From Octopus vulgaris (Eukaryota), in assembly GCA_951406725.2 (NCBI GenBank), contig OX597817.1, forward strand, positions 20,274,001 to 20,338,000: a stretch of 64,000 nt of DNA, in the 5' to 3' direction. The position numbers were made by a program, and so were the translations under genes. This document shows positions 59,897 through 64,000 of this stretch, piece by piece. The first letter of the stretch is position 1, and each line of letters starts with the position of its first letter. A model generated the notes under the pieces. It saw only the letters and a program-made list of their open reading frames with translations. It ran no database searches and was not told the origin of the DNA.

Positions 59897-60235
59897 GTGA
59901 AAGCACATGTCTCAATGGTTAAAGCGTCGAGCTTACGATCATGAGGTGGTGAGTTCGATTCCCAGATCGGGCTGCGCGTTGTGTTCTTAAGCAAGACACT
60001 TTAATTCACGTTGCTCCCGTTCACTCACCTGTAGAAATGAGTTGCGACGTCAGTGGTGCCAGGCTGTATTGGCCTTTGCCTTTCCAAAACGTCGGTGGCG
60101 TGGAGAGGGGAGGCTGGTATGCATGGGTGACTGCAGGTCTTGTATAAAACAAACTTGTCCGGACTTGTGCATCAGAGAATAACTTTCTAGGTGCAATCCC
60201 ATGGTCACTGATGACCGAAGGAGGTCACTCTTTCC
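59897..60235 (+). mobile_element. tRNA-derived SINE with a head related to family C and a different body
   Basis: CTCAATGGTTAAAGCGTCG…GAGTTCGATTCCCAGA head. A decayed relative lies at ~61960-62075. Confidence 0.75.
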
Positions 60236-60274
<39 letters not shown>

Positions 60275-60309
60275 GTATGTGTGTGTATGTATATATGTAT
60301 ATATGTATG

Positions 60310-60394
<85 letters not shown>

Positions 60395-60559
60395 AAGAGA
60401 GAAAGAGAGAGAGACATGACAGAAATAAACATGCACCCTTATAATCGTTGAAATTGATTTAAATCTGAAATTATATACATTCAAATTACGTGTTAATTGA
60501 CATGATGCGAATATTTGTTATTTAGTAGACATGCCCCTTCCATGTTTAAATGCAATGAT

Positions 60560-60950
60560 CATATTATGATCATTGGAAGGATTCCATTTCTGCAATATGG
60601 ACATGTATTTATCTTATTTATGTTTCCTCACACAATCATTGCTCTCCAAATTGCTCCACAGACCATCACAGTCTAGCTGCCATGTTCCATTGTTGTTTGC
60701 AATCTTTTCGCTCTAATTCTTGATCACAGAATCGCCAGACCAGACCCACACTCAGCCACTGCTAGAAAATATTGCAAATCTGCAATTATTGGAGAATATG
60801 ACAGTGTCCCAAAATGCTAGTGACTTCCTTCTTGCTGCTCTGCTATAGTAACCAAGTTTCTTGAGATGCCTGACAGCTGTTCTGGGTCTGGCATCAAGGT
60901 GTTCAGATGCCTTACAACGAGGATTATCCTTCACACTACACTTAACAAAG
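60560..60950 (-). mobile_element. Tc1-like transposase fragment, internally deleted
   Basis: RTAVRHLKKLGYYSRAARRK and FWDTVIFSNNCRF (W..VIFSDE..F-like). Confidence 0.7.
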
Positions 60951-61282
60951 AGAAGGGTCCTGTGAAAGAGCCCTAGTCAGCCTGGGCGAGGTGATGTGGA
61001 CATCTTCCTCTCTCTGGGCAATTGCACACTCACTCTATTAACTGGAGAAAGAGGGATCCCAGGATTTCCTGCGATTTTACCTCTTCCCCACTTCAGATTA
61101 ACACAACATATGGCCCCATTGAAATTCAGAGAATGCCAAGGCTTCTTTTGTACATGGCATAATTAAACAGTCACGTATAGAACCTGAAACATTAAAATGT
61201 CCATTAATAAAACATATAAAACATTGCAAGTTACAATAAATATAAAACGATGTTTTATGGCGTGTCTGTTTACTCCTGTCAT

Positions 61283-61328
<46 letters not shown>

Positions 61329-61364
61329 CTATATATACATATATATATATATGTGTGTGTGTGT

Positions 61365-61750
61365 GTGGAGGCGCAATGGCCCAGTGGTTAGGGCAGCGGA
61401 CTCGCGGTCGTGGGATCGCGGTTTCGATTCCCAGACCGGGCGTTGTGAGTGTTTATTGAGCGAAAACACCTAAAAGCTCCACGAGGCTCCGGCAGGGGAT
61501 GGTGGTGATCCCTGCTGTACTCTTTCACCACAACTTTCTCTCACTCTTACTTCCTGTTTCTGTTGTACCTGTATTTCAAAGGGCCGGTCTTGTCACTCTC
61601 TGTGTCACGCTGAATGTCCCCGAGAACTACGTTAAGGGTACACGTGTCTGTGGAGTGCTCAGCCACTTACACGTTAATTTCACGAGCAGGCTGTTCCGTT
61701 GATCGGATCAACCGGAACCCTCGTCGTCGTAACCGACGGAGTGCTTCCAC
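61365..61750 (+). mobile_element. SINE family C
   Basis: Near-identical to 25383 and 52141. Confidence 0.93.
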
Positions 61751-61753
61751 CAA

Positions 61754-61784
<31 letters not shown>

Positions 61785-62202
61785 CACACACACAAGATTT
61801 ACGGAATGTAAATCATAAGATCCAGGCTACATATATTTCATAGCGAGCGGAACATCAGAAGTGGTAAATATCCAAGCGAAGTGTATACCGCATGCTCTAC
61901 TTCAGGCTAAAGATATCTTAATTAAATTAAATTTTTTCCTAGTCACAAGGGCATGCTAACGCATCGAAAGGTAAGTCACAATCTCGATCGCTAGATCGTG
62001 TGTTTGATTCCCTGACTGAGCTGTGCATTGGGTTCTTAAGCAAAACAATACATTTCACATTTCTCCAGTACACCTTTTGATCAGGGGAGATTGTTGGTTT
62101 GCTTGCTTAGCCAGCGGGTTGATGTTACTTCAAGGTTAAACAATGCAAAACGAATTCTCACATGCGATATGTAACATCTCATAAGCTGGTAAGTCACGTT
62201 TG

Positions 62203-62234
<32 letters not shown>

Positions 62235-62259
62235 TTGTGTGTATGTCATTATTTAGTTT

Positions 62260-62576
62260 TATATGACGATTTCTTGCCAAGAGAGAGTGGTTTTGGTTTG
62301 AGTCAAGTAAACAAGAACGTTTGAAGCTGCGTGAGTAACACGTAAGTTAGCTGGAAGATGAGACGCGTCTGGGTCACGCAGTGCAAGAAGCACAGCAGGG
62401 TCGGTGGCTGAATTAGGATGATGTCGAAAAGCTGAAGTTGATGTGGTCTGATAGGTGGCGGTTGAGTGAAGGGCATTTGAAAGATCTGATCCAGACTGCG
62501 TATGATGTGCATCCATCTCCAGCGAATCTCAAACAATGGGGTATCCTAGAGAGTCCACATTTCCACTTGTGTGGGA
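62260..62576 (+). mobile_element. fragment of an RLE-type non-LTR element (HERO/NeSL-like)
   Basis: QQGRW…LMWSDRW…LIQTAYDVHPSPANLKQWG…HLCG resembles the pre-zinc-knuckle region of these elements. Confidence 0.6.
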
Positions 62577-62714
62577 AGTATTTGTTTCCGGTATTTTGGC
62601 GCTCTATAATGAGGGCATTCGAATCATAACTGCGAATATAATAGACTGAATCACACGTGTGTTTGAGAAAATGTTAAAATCTGGCGTGCGGTTCAGTAAA
62701 TTGTATTCAAGACA

Positions 62715-62793
62715 AATTCTACTGAAGAGCTGCAGATATATTATGTAAGTAAAATTGCATATTCCATTAACAGCGAAACAATTGTCTACAATT
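62715..62793 (+). ncRNA. minimal type-I hammerhead ribozyme (copy 1)
   Basis: AATTCTA-CTGAAGA-GCTG…CAGC-GAA-ACAATTGT-C-TACAATT: intact core, GUC site, one stem I mismatch. Confidence 0.75.
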
Positions 62794-63220
62794 AATCTAC
62801 GTTTTTGTTATTTTTTCATTTGTCCTGCTCGTTTACGTTCATAGTTGTGGTAATTCTCCTTGGAAACAATTCTTGGTGGTTCATACCATAGCGGATCTAT
62901 CTTTAGCGCAAGAGACGACCACATAGTGGACATTCTCTTATATTTGTTTATTAATTTTAACTGTATCCCTGGTTTTTATGCGCTAAACAACTTCGTGTTA
63001 AATTGATATTATTATTCAATTAATATCCAATTTTTTCACCCTTATTTTTGATTTTAATTATACTTCAGTAAATTGTTTATGCAGTATTTGTTTCGGGAAT
63101 TTTGACGCACTATAACGAGGGCATTCGAATCATAACTGCGAATATAATAGACTGAACCACACGTGTGTTTGACGTTATGTTAAAATCTGGCGTGCGGTTG
63201 AGTAAAATGTTTTCAAGACA

Positions 63221-63299
63221 AATTCTACTGAAGTGCTGCAGATATATTATGTAAGTAAAATTGCATAATCAATTAACAGCGAAACAATTGTCTTGGATT
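63221..63299 (+). ncRNA. minimal type-I hammerhead ribozyme (copy 2, A9U mutated)
   Basis: AATTCTA-CTGAAGT-GCTG…CAGC-GAA-ACAATTGT-C-TTGGATT. Confidence 0.6.
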
Positions 63300-64000
63300 C
63301 ATCTACATTTTTGTTATTTTTCATTTGTCCTGCTCGTTTACGTTCGTAGTTGTGCTAATTCTGCTTGGAAACAATTCTTAGCGGATCTATTTTTAGCGCA
63401 AGAGTCGACAACATAGTGGAAACTCCCTTATATTTGTGTATATATATATATGTATACACACATATATATGTATATATATATTTCACCAAATCTTACCTTG
63501 TCTAAATTCAATATTTAATTTTAAAAAAAAAGATAATTTGTATAACTGCAAGATGTCATCTTCTGTTGAGTGCCTTAACGAATTTTCATTAGAGGTGTCG
63601 GATTTGCAACATTTTCAACAATTCAGTTGTTGCAAAGTTTTCAGTGATTAGACGTAAGTACATTATTGTGTACAATAATTTTGCTCCTCAAAAATACGCT
63701 CGTAAATATACATTTGAAAAATGGCTGTTAGGAAGATTTAATAAATTTCAACAGAAGTAAAGAAAAATTAAAAACTGGACACTGAAAACAATTTGAATTC
63801 CATTTAAAATGTTGGCCTTTCATTCAATTCCGTCGATGTTTTGTTTATGACATATGTTTTAATATTTGTGTGTTCGCGTCCTGGATTATGTTATTGGACT
63901 GTTATTGGAATTTCACTGTACAGGTTTTGATTATGCAACTCTTATATGAACTTATATGGGTGGGTAAGCGGTTATTTTCGTGTACGTGTGCTTGTATAAA

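Larger units (their letters stand above)
62577..63437 (+). repeat. tandem duplication, period 506 bp (62577-62947 vs 63083-63437); PLE-pLTR or retrozyme-like
   Basis: Clear by-eye alignment with scattered substitutions. Each copy carries a hammerhead motif. Confidence 0.9.

Overview
This is AT-rich, microsatellite-dense eukaryotic DNA in which I recognise no host exon. The repeat content resembles an octopus/cephalopod intergenic or intronic region (inference). It is almost entirely transposon-derived: three or four tRNA-type SINE families, Tx1-clade LINE pieces, a near-intact and a decayed R4/Dong LINE, a 5'-truncated CR1-type LINE with an open RT frame, a Penelope-like element (PLE), a HERO-like fragment, non-autonomous Helitrons, and mariner/Tc1 relics. 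Most computed ORFs are microsatellite artefacts. The main signals are: (1) several unrelated short repeats each carry a minimal type-I hammerhead-ribozyme architecture, and the tertiary 3-8 core pair co-varies (C-G at 62.7/63.2 kb, G-C at 0.35 kb, U-A at 30.7 kb), including a 506-bp-period tandem that looks retrozyme/pLTR-like; (2) a Tx1 family whose three copies all sit in (TATC)n arrays, suggesting target specificity; (3) a Helitron containing a Tx1 ORF1 fragment; (4) complex and near-perfect inverted duplications. All alignments and folds were done by eye and none was computed.
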